From Anolis carolinensis (Eukaryota): 64,000 bases of DNA. The translations under genes and the position numbers were made by a program. Positions 26,646 to 38,525 of this stretch are shown piece after piece; position 1 is the first letter of the stretch, and each line of letters starts with the position of its first letter. The stretch spans positions 161,247,574 to 161,311,573 of the forward strand of contig NC_085841.1 of NCBI RefSeq assembly GCF_035594765.1. The letters are read 5' to 3'. Below the pieces are notes generated by a model. The model searched no databases. It was not told the DNA's origin and saw only the letters and a program-made list of their open reading frames with translations.

Positions 26646-27572
26646 CTATAGAAAATAAACCACACACTCTGTTATTAAACAATCAAGCAAACATAGAAAT
26701 GAAGGAAACAACCACTAAAGAAATGAAGAGACTCTCTAGGTATCTATTTTTGGTGTTTGTAAAGTATTCTTCTCATACAGCACCATTTTCTAAAAACAAT
26801 AATTTTACACTTTAACCATGGAGGTCTGCACAGTGTATAGAGGGCTTATCCTGTTTTATCCACACAACAACCATATGAGGTGATTCTAACAGCAAAGTCG
26901 CCTCTGGCTTACAGCCATAACATACATTAGCTTTAAGACTGAGTAAGGACTTGAACCCAACTATTCTGGATCCATGTCCTTTATCAGGAATGTAAAGGCA
27001 AAGTCAGGGATGGGGAAGATCACAGCAAGAATAGATGCAAAGGGGTCAGAGCCCCTCAGGCATATATTCCAGGACCCCATGCCATGAATGGTAACTGTGC
27101 AACCTGAAGGAGACACAGCCTCACCCCCTGTGCCAGCTTGATGATAAAACTGTTGCTGACAGCTTCTCCAGAGCTCTCTCTTGATCCCTAAAGCAGAGTG
27201 TCTTCCAATAATGTAATGTCTTAATCCACATGTGGGCAAGGACATAACCCCTGTCTGCTCTTTCCATGGTCTCTGGAGCTTTAGTGCTCTTTACCTACTT
27301 TTCCTTGCCTCAGCTGATCAGACATTGGCAGCAGCAGGAAAAAGAATGCTGTATCTCTGCTTCTAATACCAGCAGTGAAACAGCCTTCTCTGCTTGGGGG
27401 GCAAGTAGCATGAAGTTAAATCCTCTTGCTCCATCTCAGTGATTCCCAATGCAAGGACAACTATTTGCTCACTAATAATAATAATGTTGGTGAAACAACA
27501 ATTTGAATCAGGATTATTGGAAGTGCAAGCTAACAACAGAGGAGAAATAGCAAATCTTTGCACCAAGGTTAC

Positions 27573-28254
27573 TATTTGTCTCATTTGTGTTTGTTTCGTA
27601 TCGTCCATTGGGATGGCACAAAACAGAAAGACCTCCAACGAACAAAAACTGACTTGAAATGAAAGGAAGGCGGGAGCTGATTGGCTCCAAGCCTGCTTTT
27701 CGGATCGACCAGCTGTAGGCCCTGCGGGGCCCAGGTGTGTAGGCCCAAAGCCTGCACTCATAAACCCAAAGCTCCTGGGCCTACGGGTGCAGGCTTTGAC
27801 CTCGGCACCTGGGCCTCACAGGACTTACGGCCGAGTGCCGAGTAAGGAGTGATCCTTACTCGGCACTTGACTGTAAGTCCTGCGAGGCCTGGCTAGGCAC
27901 AACCCAAAGCCTGAACCCATAGGCCCGGGCATCAGGGCCTATGGGTGCAGGCATTGGGCTTACACGCACAGGCCTGGTGGGTGGGGGAGGGGGAGGTTGG
28001 GGTGGCTGAGTCGTCCTGCACCTCCCCCCCCCCCTTTGCCCGGCTCCCACCGCCCTTTGCCCGTATTTGAGTGGCTCTGGCTTCTGCTGTGTCCTTGGCC
28101 GACACCTCCCCCCCCCTCTGAAAAACAAGAAAAAACATGAAACAAAACCAATGTCTGACCTCCCAATTTCGGGAGGTCAGATGAAAACGGATCAGGGTCT
28201 CAACGAAAGCCGGGACATGAAACAGAACAAGGTAAGTCCCGAAACCCATTTCTA
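27573..28254. mobile_element. GC-rich non-autonomous DNA element (probably hAT) with central hairpin
   Basis: Right end CCCATTTCTA; 8-bp flanks AAGGTTAC (27565-27572) vs AAAGTTAC (28255-28262); left TIR appears deleted; 37-bp stem at 27812-27889. Confidence 0.55.
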
Positions 28255-28348
28255 AAAGTTACTAGGAAGAAGGTGAAGTTAAAATCTCCTTCTTTTAATC
28301 TGTTGCTAATGATACTCCCCGCTCGAATCTTAGACCACCAGTGTCAGA

Positions 28349-28505
28349 GGCCCCTTCCACACTGCCATATAATCCAGATTATGAAAGCAGATAATGTGCC
28401 TAGGCCACATTATCTGCTTGGAACTGGATTATATGAGTCTATACTGCCAAAAAATCCAGTTCAAAGCAGATATTCTGGAATTTATATGGCAGTGTAGAAG
28501 CCGCC
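28349..28505. mobile_element. PIF/Harbinger-type MITE
   Basis: GGCCCCTTCCACACTGCCATATAA...TTATATGGCAGTGTAGAAG palindromic structure. Confidence 0.7.
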
Positions 28506-28919
28506 ACAGTCAAGATATAGGGTAGGCTTGGCTTATTTTGTTAAGTGCTTCCTCATGTAGCAAAATATGACTGTTTGTGATTTTCCTCAGCCGTGTATCT
28601 TGCATTATGTATACTTTGGTTTATGACTTGCCACTGAGAGGTAAACCTGATCTTAATTTCTAAGTCTAATTGCTGAGGCACGTATCCTTGAGGAAATCCC
28701 ACTGTCCCAGCCGAGACTGGATAATCCATGGGGATACATCTTTTATAATATTGAGTTTGAAACTAAATTGCTTGATAAAGGTATCTCCTTTCTATCAATG
28801 TAAGCAGAGATGCGCTAGAGAGAGTTCTCCAAAAGACTCAACTTTTAATTACATTACATGACCCTTCAAAAGTTTATCCGAAAGTAGGTATTTCAGTAGG
28901 TAATTGTAAAGATACTGAC

Positions 28920-29095
28920 CTTCAATTCATCCCACGCTGTTTCATTCCTATTACACAGCATCACACTGCAGACAACTGGGTCATTAGGAATCAGATGAAA
29001 GAACCATTTTGAAGCAATAGACAGAGTTTGCAAATCCTTCAAATGGCCACAGCAAGCAGGAGACAGAAACTGTAGCGAAGGTATCGGCTGAGCAC
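28920..29095 (-). CDS. MKKS: MKKS second coding exon (176 nt)
   Basis: gaacag|GT...AAG|gtcagt; encodes (G)AQPIPSLQFLSPACCGHLKDLQTLSIASKWFFHLIPNDPVVCSVMLCNRNETAWDELK; phase 1/0, consistent with both neighbours. Not in the ORF track. Confidence 0.95.
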
Positions 29096-32000
29096 CTGTT
29101 CAAAAGAGGAAAAAATAATGATACACACTATCTTAGAAAAAGAAAAGCCAAATATTCTGTAGTGTAGCATAACACTGAATTCAGTTAGAAATTAAAATGC
29201 TTCAAGGTCAAATCCAGGAGTGGAAATCATGTGCCCTCCAGATGTTCCTGGACTGCAACTTTCAACATTCCTTGCTACTGTTTATGCTGACTAGGGCTGC
29301 TGGGACTTGCAGTCTAGCTATATCTGGAGTGATCCATGATATACACTCCTCGATCAATGAATTAGTAACACTATGCTTCCAGATGTTACCAGACAGCAGT
29401 TTCCATCATCTCTCACAATTGGCAATACTGACTAGTTTATGAAAGTTTCAGTTCAACTACATTGACTCCACTTTCCTTGACATACTATTTTCAACCATTC
29501 TGAAAGTCAAAGGAACAGCAGTTTTGGGAATGCTGGGCCTTGTGGTCAGCTCATTTGTGAAACAATAACACCAGGATAGAATATTCTGGTTTCTTTCTTG
29601 CCCATTTGATATTTTTATACCTTTAAAATGTAATCATGTTTTAATATAATAAATTGTTTAATTGTGCTCTAAATTTTGTAATAGGATTTTTTTTACCTTA
29701 TCCTGTTTCAGTCTTTGTTTTGACTTGGAATTTTCCTTGGATCCATGCAATGAAATAATCAAAACAAAATAAATAGTTTGCCTAAAGAATAATTAGCTTC
29801 CTGCCATAGGTTAGAAGGCTACTGGTTTAGATGACTTTAAAAGAGATTAGCCAATAGTTACAACAAAGTCTCTTTTTTCTTCTTTACAGAGTCTGTAAAC
29901 GATTGTCAGATTTGTCAGTATTTTTTAAATAAAATTGTCAGTGTATCTAACTTAGCCAAATCCATTAATTTGTCTATTTATTCTACAATATTTGGAGTTT
30001 TATTGTTTTCTTAGTATGTTGCATACACCAATCTGATTATATGGCACATTACTCTCTATTGGTCTTATTTTCCAAATCTCACATACTTAAGAGAAACAAC
30101 TCAGGTCTAAATGTTATTTCTGCTTTCAAAAGCTTTTGCATCATTGTACTGAATGTTAACCAAAAATGTTGGTTAACCGGTCCACCAGAAATGGTAGAAG
30201 GACCCAACATGTTTATTACTCTTCCAACACTTTTTATTCAAAGGGGCACACTGTAACTATAGGTTCTGATATACAGAGAAGAAAATATTTTCTTATGCAT
30301 AAGAAAAAATAGAAAATATAAAAGTTTAAAGAGGAGGAATGTTTTATCTAAATTAGCACACCAGTCAAAGAAGAGTGGGATGTCAATTTTAATGAGTGGT
30401 AGGGATAGGAATGATGCATTATTTATTTATTTGTTTTTAAAATTTATTGTTTCATATAATTTATATACTGAGTGAAATATTAAAATTTATTATTAAAAAA
30501 CAGATTAGCCAAATCTATGATCAGATGTATTAGCTATCAGAGATAAGCATAACCTTATTATTTGGAGTCAACTTATAGGGAATGGCATTTTTTTTCCACT
30601 TCCTGCTTATGGATGCTCTAGAACAGCAAAGGGAAAACTCCAGCCTGGGATCAGATCTAGTCCTTGGAGCTCCTCTTGCCTTGGTCTCCCATGCCCATTG
30701 ACCCTTTAATGTTGAACAAAAGAGAAGCAATCAGTTCTTGAGAGAATAACAGGATCAAAATGCTTTCCCTTGATGTGGCAATTTCCCAAAACCCTTCTCA
30801 TGAAAAGAAAGGCAGAGGAAAGTGATACAGCTTTGGGGCATCTGGGGAATGTGTCATGAAACACTCCTTCCGGAAAGATCAGTTCTCACTTCACTTCTCT
30901 AGAGAAGCATGTAGAGTATCTGTATTGGCTGATGTGGGGTAGCAGAAGTGTTTTTGTCTCTGCCTACTGCTGGAGTGCATCCCCAATATGTTTCTTTGAT
31001 GTCAATATGGCCCTCAAGGGCAGAATAGCTTCCCATCCCATCTTGGAACAATCTAGTTAGTCACTGTGGACACTGGACTAGGATAAACTTTTTAGATACA
31101 ACAGGGATCTCAATGCTATTTCATATTGAACCATTTATACAGAGTCAATCTTTTAAAAAATAAGTTGGGACTTGTTTTGGGGACTGTAGGTATCTATGAA
31201 CCAAAGAAGACCAAACCAATCAAGGGCTGAAAGTAATTTATCCCATCCTCCTGAGGTGGCATTCCCATTATGATGCTGTTTGAATGGGGTTCTCTAGCAA
31301 TTTCCCCCCTAAAATTAATGGAAATGATGGAGCAACATGTTTTCCCCAATAGCTCCCTCCACTACATTGAATTCTTTTTTGATCAGGCCACATGAGACAA
31401 GAAAATTGACAAAGAAGGAAGGGTTGGACTTCTTCAGGATCTATGAAATTGCCATATTAGAAAGCCTGGGTTATTGTGTCTTTTAATGAGATCTCAGGTA
31501 GCGGAGCTGGAAAAAAATCCCAGACTGCTTACAAAGTGACATTTGAATCACGTTACAGATTAACCAATTTCCGTTAATCTACAACATACAATCTAAGATT
31601 GTAATCATAAGCACATATACTTAATGCCACTAGAAGCAAATTACTTTTGTGGAAATACAAGAGCAATTTAGAAGGAAGGGGGGGATCTAAATGGGCTAAC
31701 TACTGCTATTCATTGAAGTTAATAAACTGGCAGCCTTCTCTAATCTTAGACACTTTTGCCTGGGGACCAGTCATTTCAATTCAATTCTTGAATGAAGTTG
31801 AATTTCTATTTTAGTAGAACAGATTTCACAGGTTCATATGGAATGGATACGCTTGCTGTTAAGTTTGATCATAGCACTGGGACAGTTGAAAGGGTGTCAC
31901 TAGAAACTAGAAAGAAACAAAGTAAAAGGATATCAAAACGAAGAATAAGAAACATATAGATTCTTAAGTGGCAGCAACTGGAATATTTGCAGTGGGATTC

Positions 32001-32175
32001 ATTTAAGGAAAGGATAGGTGGCATATCTGATTCTCCCATGAATATTTCTTCATTTTTACAACAGGCTTTAAGATAACTTTCCTGAGACTCACAGATCTAT
32101 GCCAGTAGCACATAAACTCAATCTTCCTCGGAAATAACCTAATGGAGTTACTAAGGAGGAATGTGTGTTCGTTAC

Positions 32176-33166
32176 CTGTAATTTCTTTCAGAGGCTCCAT
32201 CAATGGTAGTCCAACTCTTTCTATTGCCACAATGTGGTTCTCCTTCAGGTATTGTTGCAAAGCCGGATGGATGACTTTCTGACACACAAAAACACCAACA
32301 CCATCCTTTACTATTTGCTTACCTACATTAAGCAACTGAGCTAAGACTACTGCTTCTAAATAAACTCCGTGTGGGATGACAATGACTCCTTCTCCATTGT
32401 CAGATAAGTCTCCAGACAGAGACATACTGAAAAGTACCATCTTGATCATGCCTGAAGTATCTCTTTTGATTGGAGGTGTATTTCTTAGGTCCACTTCTGG
32501 CACTTCTATCAGAAGTCCAGGATATACAGCAGAATCCAAAACTTGCTTGTTCTTTACAGGGATATAAAGACACTTTCCTAGAGTCATTTGAGTATTGATG
32601 TTGTGTGGAATTGTAAATAGAAAAGCCTCTAAAACCAAAATGCTGATGTGATTGGCTTCCATTCTGCTAAGCCTGCAGGCAGGTTTGCTGGTTATTATAC
32701 TACGGACCAGATCCAGGGGGATCTTGGAACTGCTAAAATCCACCTGCATTCTACAACCGCACGTTTCAGACGCAAGATAGTCAATGCATAGGCTCAAAAG
32801 GTGTTGGCTGATTTTAATGAAAGTGCAAGGGGTGATGTTCAGGCCTTGACATTTTTCAAGCAGGCTGCAGCAAAAGATGGCCATAAACAAGCCGCAGTCA
32901 CTGAAGCGTGCGAGATGGTTCTGCACAGAGGCTGTCAGAAGCTTTAACACCGGATGAGTGACTGAAAGGCCACCGAGCAAAGCTGAAGCCTGCGACGTGG
33001 TGCGCACATATCCACCCACACCGTTGTGCAGTTGCTTAAGCCTCCCTGTGGGGCCATAGCAGGACCTCACCATTTTAGCAAAAACTGACAGAGCATGGCA
33101 AAGGGTCTCCTTAGCTAAAGGTTCGCTGGTACATAAGGAAGGCTTTTTGAGATCAACACGAGACAT
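32176..33166 (-). CDS. MKKS: MKKS first coding exon (991 coding nt; exon begins at acceptor 33539)
   Basis: True start MSRVDLKKPSLCTSEPL at 33166; SCYGPTGRLKQL, FSDCGLF and CQKVIHP motifs of the group II chaperonin-like BBS6; donor ACAG|gtaac at 32176/32175. Four exons total 1713 nt = 570 aa + stop. Confidence 0.97.
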
Positions 33167-33368
33167 CTTTCCAGATAAAATCCCAGTCAAGACTTAGATG
33201 CATCTCATGTCTATAAACTGCTTTTTAATGAATGATATACACACAAGCGAGAACAAGGCTGCTGCATTCTTTTGTGGTCAAGGCAAAGCGTATGGACACA
33301 GCCGTTTTTATCCGATATTTGACAAAATCGCTATATGTGTGGTCTGTATGATGTTGGCAGAAATGGGG

Positions 33369-33521
33369 TCATTCATCAAGACCTTTTGATTTAATGTCCA
33401 ACCCTGATTTAGCAGAGGACTTTGCAGCTCTTTGTACAAGGTAGGTCCCCAAATGAACACCAACAAAGGTGAGTCCAGCCACAAGTAGCCAGTTCTTCCT
33501 AATCCAGCTGATTTTCTTCAT
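33369..33521 (-). CDS. MKKS upstream ORF 2 microprotein (uMKKS2-like), 50 aa
   Basis: MKKISWIRKNWLLVAGLTFVGVHLGTYLVQRAAKSSAKSGLDIKSKGLDE*, translated by hand. ATG is 18 nt inside the exon (acceptor ttaattgcag|33539), -3A context. Closely matches the human MKKS uORF2 peptide as I recall it. Confidence 0.9.
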   Translation of the reverse strand: MKKISWIRKNWLLVAGLTFVGVHLGTYLVQRAAKSSAKSGLDIKSKGLDE

Positions 33522-36500
33522 TGTTCAAGTGCAATCTATCTGCAATTAAAAAAAAAAATCATGAAATTACAGTTATAGTTTTTCTTAAAAAAAACCTGTG
33601 GGTAAATTGAACAGCCTGCTCTTCTACATATGGCATCTCCACATAGTGGACATTCAAAATGGTTGTCAGTTTTCTTTCCATACAAAATTCTTTATGCTAT
33701 TATGTCAGTTCACATCTTTACACAACAATACACACCAAACCGTCGCATCTTTTAGACTGTCATTCAGTTTGGGCTACCTGAAAATTGTTTCAGGAAATGC
33801 ATGTAAAATGACCTGGTATGCAATAACTTTAGAAGAGATGTAAATCAAGGGTGGGAAGCTTCACATTTTTTAAAATTAGGATTCTGCCAAAATGGTCATG
33901 TGAATCATGGGATAACATTGGATTAAAAGGGTCAAATCCTTCTAGTTGTAGTAATAGAAGAAATAAGGCTGACTAGCATAGACTTTAATGGCTTTTTGAA
34001 GAACATCACATTTAGGAAAAACAGGATTTGACATTCTCCTTGTTTTACTCTTTCTTGGTCTATTAGTTCTTATGCTCCCATGTTCTTAAAATATGGGAAT
34101 TTTTTTTTGGAAGTGAGAGGACTCAAAAGTCTGCAATCAAAATAAAACAAACATATGCAAAATGCAATCTTCAACTCCCACTATAGCATAGTCACAGAAC
34201 CAATACGAAATGGAATACTACACTATGAGATAAAAAATGTGATATCTTTGGTTATTGCTGAGTGACAATACCCATGAGTCCTCATCACTGGCAATGCCAG
34301 TCAGATGGCAAATGGAGCCCAACAACATCTGGAGGGCTACATTTTCCCATACTATACATTTTAATCTTAACTTCAATGTTAACCACACAGATACATCTGG
34401 TGAGAAAATGAGAAAGGAACTTGGTGGTTGCCCCTAGGCTTTGGAATTATCTTCCCAGAGAACACTCTCTATTTTAATTCCACAGACAGGTGAAAATAAT
34501 ATGTTAAAAATATCCATTTTATTGTATTTTATGATTATGTGTTTTAATTGTGTTATGCCCCATCTCGAACCATGAGGGAAAGTGGGTAACAAAAAAAAAG
34601 TATTATTATTGTTATTATTATTATTCAACTGACCCTTGAGGACTGAATGTACAAGGCCCATGCCACCTAAACAATGTGCTGGATTTTCTATCTGCTTTTT
34701 TGTTGTGCGATTTAAAAACATAAATCATTTTAAAATGATCGCCTTTTAATTTCTGTATTTTGTGAATTTTAACTATGTGATTTTATCAATTGCCAGCTGC
34801 CTTGAATACCAAACTGGGTTAAAAGTGGGACAAATTATTATTATAATTTATTTATTGTTATTTAATAATAAATAACAGTAAGTACTACTAATATTAGTAA
34901 TTGTACTTATACAGCAATTCAACCAAAATCAATTGAAACATTAAAAGTTCTAAGATATCTCAAAATAAGTGTTTTTAATCGTTTGAAACATAATTCCATT
35001 ATAACAAGACATTTAACAGCAATACATTATCACGTTAACAGCTAATTTTCACTTTCATTCCAAACAACAACTCAAACCTAACTTATAGCCTAGACATTTG
35101 ATAGTTCTCTATTTTCTTCCAGCCTCAGGCTGACTAAATATGTAATAACATCCACAAAAGAACACGGTCAATAGGATTCCATATGTGGATAATGAATATC
35201 ATGTGCACCTGTGAGGCCATCTGTCTATGACTATCCAAATACAGGCACTCCTCGAGTTACAAACATCTAACTTTCAAATGACTCACAGTTAAGAACAGGG
35301 GTGTGACAACAGGAAGTGAGAAAAATCTATCCCTAAGAAGGTAAACTAATTCCTGAAGTAATTATTATCATGGGGAAAAGGTGTCTCCGGTGGCTTTATC
35401 ACCAATCAATGTCTCCACAACAAGCCAATTTTTTCAAAATCCAATTATCAGAGGGACAGAGAGTGAAGTGAAATCTTCTGAATGGAGGCAAACACCACAG
35501 GGGTGTTACCCCTTCCCTATGCTATCTAAAACATGCATGTATGTGTCTGTTTATGCGCGCGCGCACACACACACACACAGACACACAAACACACACACGA
35601 AAGACAATATTTATGAGATAATAGATCAGGCTCTTTTTCCCCCTCAATTTATGCTGACATGCCCAAGTTTAATCTTCCAGATGAGCTGAAAGGGCTGCAA
35701 GCTTGTAGTTAAATGGGGAAAAAACCATTGGTAACTATCCCTCTATGCTCAAACAGACTAGGGGAAGGGGGGGGGCACCTCCACCTTTGACAATAATCTC
35801 TAAAGCTTGAACCTAAGAAAGCTAAGAAAAATGTATTTTGGAAAGGCAACAAGTATGAGCACCATTTTAATAGCTTTAGTGTGTGTTGGTATGAATAATG
35901 CAGTTAAGGCTTTATTTACAGCTTCACAGTGAAAGCAGATGGCAAACTACAGCTCCACTGCATCTTTTTCATTGCAGATGTGAAGCCGTGCCTGAATCTA
36001 GTTTTGTCACAAGTATGAAAACATACAGGTGAAAATGGGTAAAGCCTATGAATTGAAAACTATATTTCAATCATAAAAGCAAACGCTGAAATGTATCTGT
36101 ATCTGTGTGCACATGGGTATGTGTGCTTAAAATTTGATAATGCCTTAACTTAAAGGCAGCCAGCTCCCATGTTTGAATGTACATCAGCAACTGAAAAAGG
36201 AAAAGCTAGCAAACTGGCTGATTCACATTTGGAAGGGATGTAATTGCCCACTTTCTCTTTAACAGTTCCTTATCCCAATACATTTTTCTAATTAAAGATG
36301 AAAAAATGGAAACCAGGATTGTTAAGAGCACAGAAGTTATACTTGTAGCCTGATCCAAGCTAACAGTTTTGCCTCACTATAGCAAACATCAAAAACAGAA
36401 TGACCACATGTACTCATGTACAAGTCTAAAATTGTTAGTCAACCCCAAAAAAGTTTCCTTTTTTATGGTCCAATGGAAGTAGTATACCTTACCCCTTATC

Positions 36501-37791
36501 AAAAAAGGAACAACTTCCTTCCATGATGGCAAAAGACAAAAGCTGAGTCTGTCTTGGGAAAACTTAAAAGAAGAATCAACTCATTCTATTGTCTCTGCCT
36601 TTATGAATGACTGGATGAGGAAATGACAGTTGAGGGCCATTCCCCTTTCTGTGGAATGACCCTCAACTTATCCATGGGTCAGAACAAAATCCATAATTTT
36701 GGTCCCAGATCTTGCCCTCGACTTATATATAAGGTTGATGTATATACAAGTATATATAGAACTCAGTTTTCAGGACACTTCAAAATTTGTTTCATGTAAC
36801 AAGGGTAGGCAAAGTGGAATCCAAAAGAGGTGGCCCATCTATTAAATGGCATCCCTTCCATTTAATATTTTCAAAAAAAGAAAGTGGACGGCTGGCCATG
36901 AATGACTTTCTTTTTAATTTTTTAGTAGTCTGCATAGCCCCGAGTCAAAAACTGGGCCCTTAGACCCACTGAAGTTGCCCCTCCTGCTGCAAAATGTGCC
37001 CTTTATTACTGATAATGGACTAGCTAATTTTGCCTACTGTGTTCACAGCAGGATTCCTAATTTGAAGTCAGCCACTATACGGCATGGCACCAGCTCTCAA
37101 AGGCTTTGTTATGCTGCTGCAGGTTTTGGTACTGCAAGCAAAATCATCCAAGAGTGGGAAGCACAGCAGAAAAGTCTCCCAACTTGTCAATTAAATGTCC
37201 TGACTATTCATTTATTTACACCATGGCTAGACAGTGGAACCCACCAATTTACTGGCCATACTTCAGCCCTGCTGCCTGGTCACTACAATGAGAAGATATT
37301 TTTTTGTTTTGCTTTTTAAAACAAGGTTTAAGGTGTTGTGGTTCCAGGAAGCAGAATTATCCTTAAAAACTAGTCGCTCCTCTTGTCTGCCTTGTTCATA
37401 TCTCAAAAAAGCAGTGAAGTATTAGAAAAACAAAAGAATTTCAAATACTGGAAAAAAGAATGGCTTGGGGAGAGTTAAACAGACTAACTTATTAAAAGAA
37501 AGCTCTGTATCTAAAAATATGGTAACCTTTTACAGAGTGTGTAAAGTAAGAAAAAGGAGACATTGTAACTACTGGTTTTGATATAAAAAAATAAAATATT
37601 TTCCTTATTATTAGGAAAGTAAATATAACAGATGCGTTTTAGAAAGGAGGAATATTGTGTATAAGTTAGCATGCTGCAGCCAGAGAAGAGCAGAAAATAA
37701 GCTGAAATGAATGGGGCAGATAGAAAAGATGTACTGTTGATTGTGTGGTTTGTTGTGTGTGTGTGTATACATACATACATATACATATATA

Positions 37792-37792
<1 letters not shown>

Positions 37793-37835
<43 letters not shown>
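37793..37835. repeat. (CA)n microsatellite
   Basis: About 21 units; source of the CVCVCV ORFs in the track. Confidence 0.95.
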
Positions 37836-37844
<9 letters not shown>

Positions 37845-38286
37845 GTCGGATGTCTATTTTTTGTAACATAAGTATTAAGTGTGATACTAATATTTATTTT
37901 AAAAAATTAAATAAAAAAGTAGTGATTCTGCTGTCTCCCAAGCTGTAAATTTGGCAGCCAGGACGATAGAAGCCTCAGTGGGAGTTTCAATTATGATCAA
38001 AGGGCTGGATGTGTGCTGTCTGTGATTCATGCAGATTTACTCCCACAAAATAAAAATATAACTATAAGCCTGTTTTAGAAAGGCATAATCACCTGGAAGA
38101 TTGGTAGGATCTGATGCAAAAGAATGTCATACATGGCTAACTGGGGCAAGGGGAAACAGAGACGGTCTGCCATTATATGATGCTGGGGATAAAAAGAAAG
38201 ATTGGTCTCGGGTTTAGCATTATAACAAAGGTCTTTTACATTCATATCACTTCTCTCATTTTGTTCTTGCTGCAGCAAGAACTTAC

Positions 38287-38525
38287 CTCTCAGTTACTCT
38301 GCAGCACTGTGTGGTTATTTTCCTTTATTTTGTTTCTCTGCTTGCAGCACGTATGTCACGATTCCAGGCTCGGGGACAAAGTCATCTGTCTTGGGTTGGA
38401 AAACAGGATGGGACTTCATGTTATACCAGCCCAAGTGCACCAAGACAAGGCTCGTTCCCATAACAATAATAACTCTGTAGTTCTTCCAAATTGTTTTAAG
38501 GCCCATTGCGTGTGTTGGCCTCTAC
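38287..38525 (-). other. MKKS: MKKS leader exon carrying uORF1 (239 nt)
   Basis: Acceptor cttctttacatag|38525 and consensus donor GAG|gtaagt at 38287/38286 bracket the 63-aa ORF. Confidence 0.85.
38315..38506 (-). CDS. MKKS upstream ORF 1 microprotein (uMKKS1-like), 63 aa
   Basis: MGLKTIWKNYRVIIVMGTSLVLVHLGWYNMKSHPVFQPKTDDFVPEPGIVTYVLQAEKQNKGK*; strong Kozak (GCAATGG); single hydrophobic segment; matches the human MKKS uORF1 peptide (63 aa) as I recall it. Confidence 0.9.
   Translation of the reverse strand: MGLKTIWKNYRVIIVMGTSLVLVHLGWYNMKSHPVFQPKTDDFVPEPGIVTYVLQAEKQNKGK

Noticed and set aside
27660-28250. CpG-island promoter or Pro/Gly-rich exon
   Set aside because: Lies within a TSD-flanked, internally symmetric element in an MKKS intron; ORFs are low-complexity.
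32003-33190. 395-aa ORF as the complete MKKS protein
   Set aside because: The first 8 codons start at a TTG upstream of the true ATG (33166), and everything after the donor at 32176 is intron read-through.
37511-37869. CVCVCV ORFs
   Set aside because: Translations of the (CA)n microsatellite.
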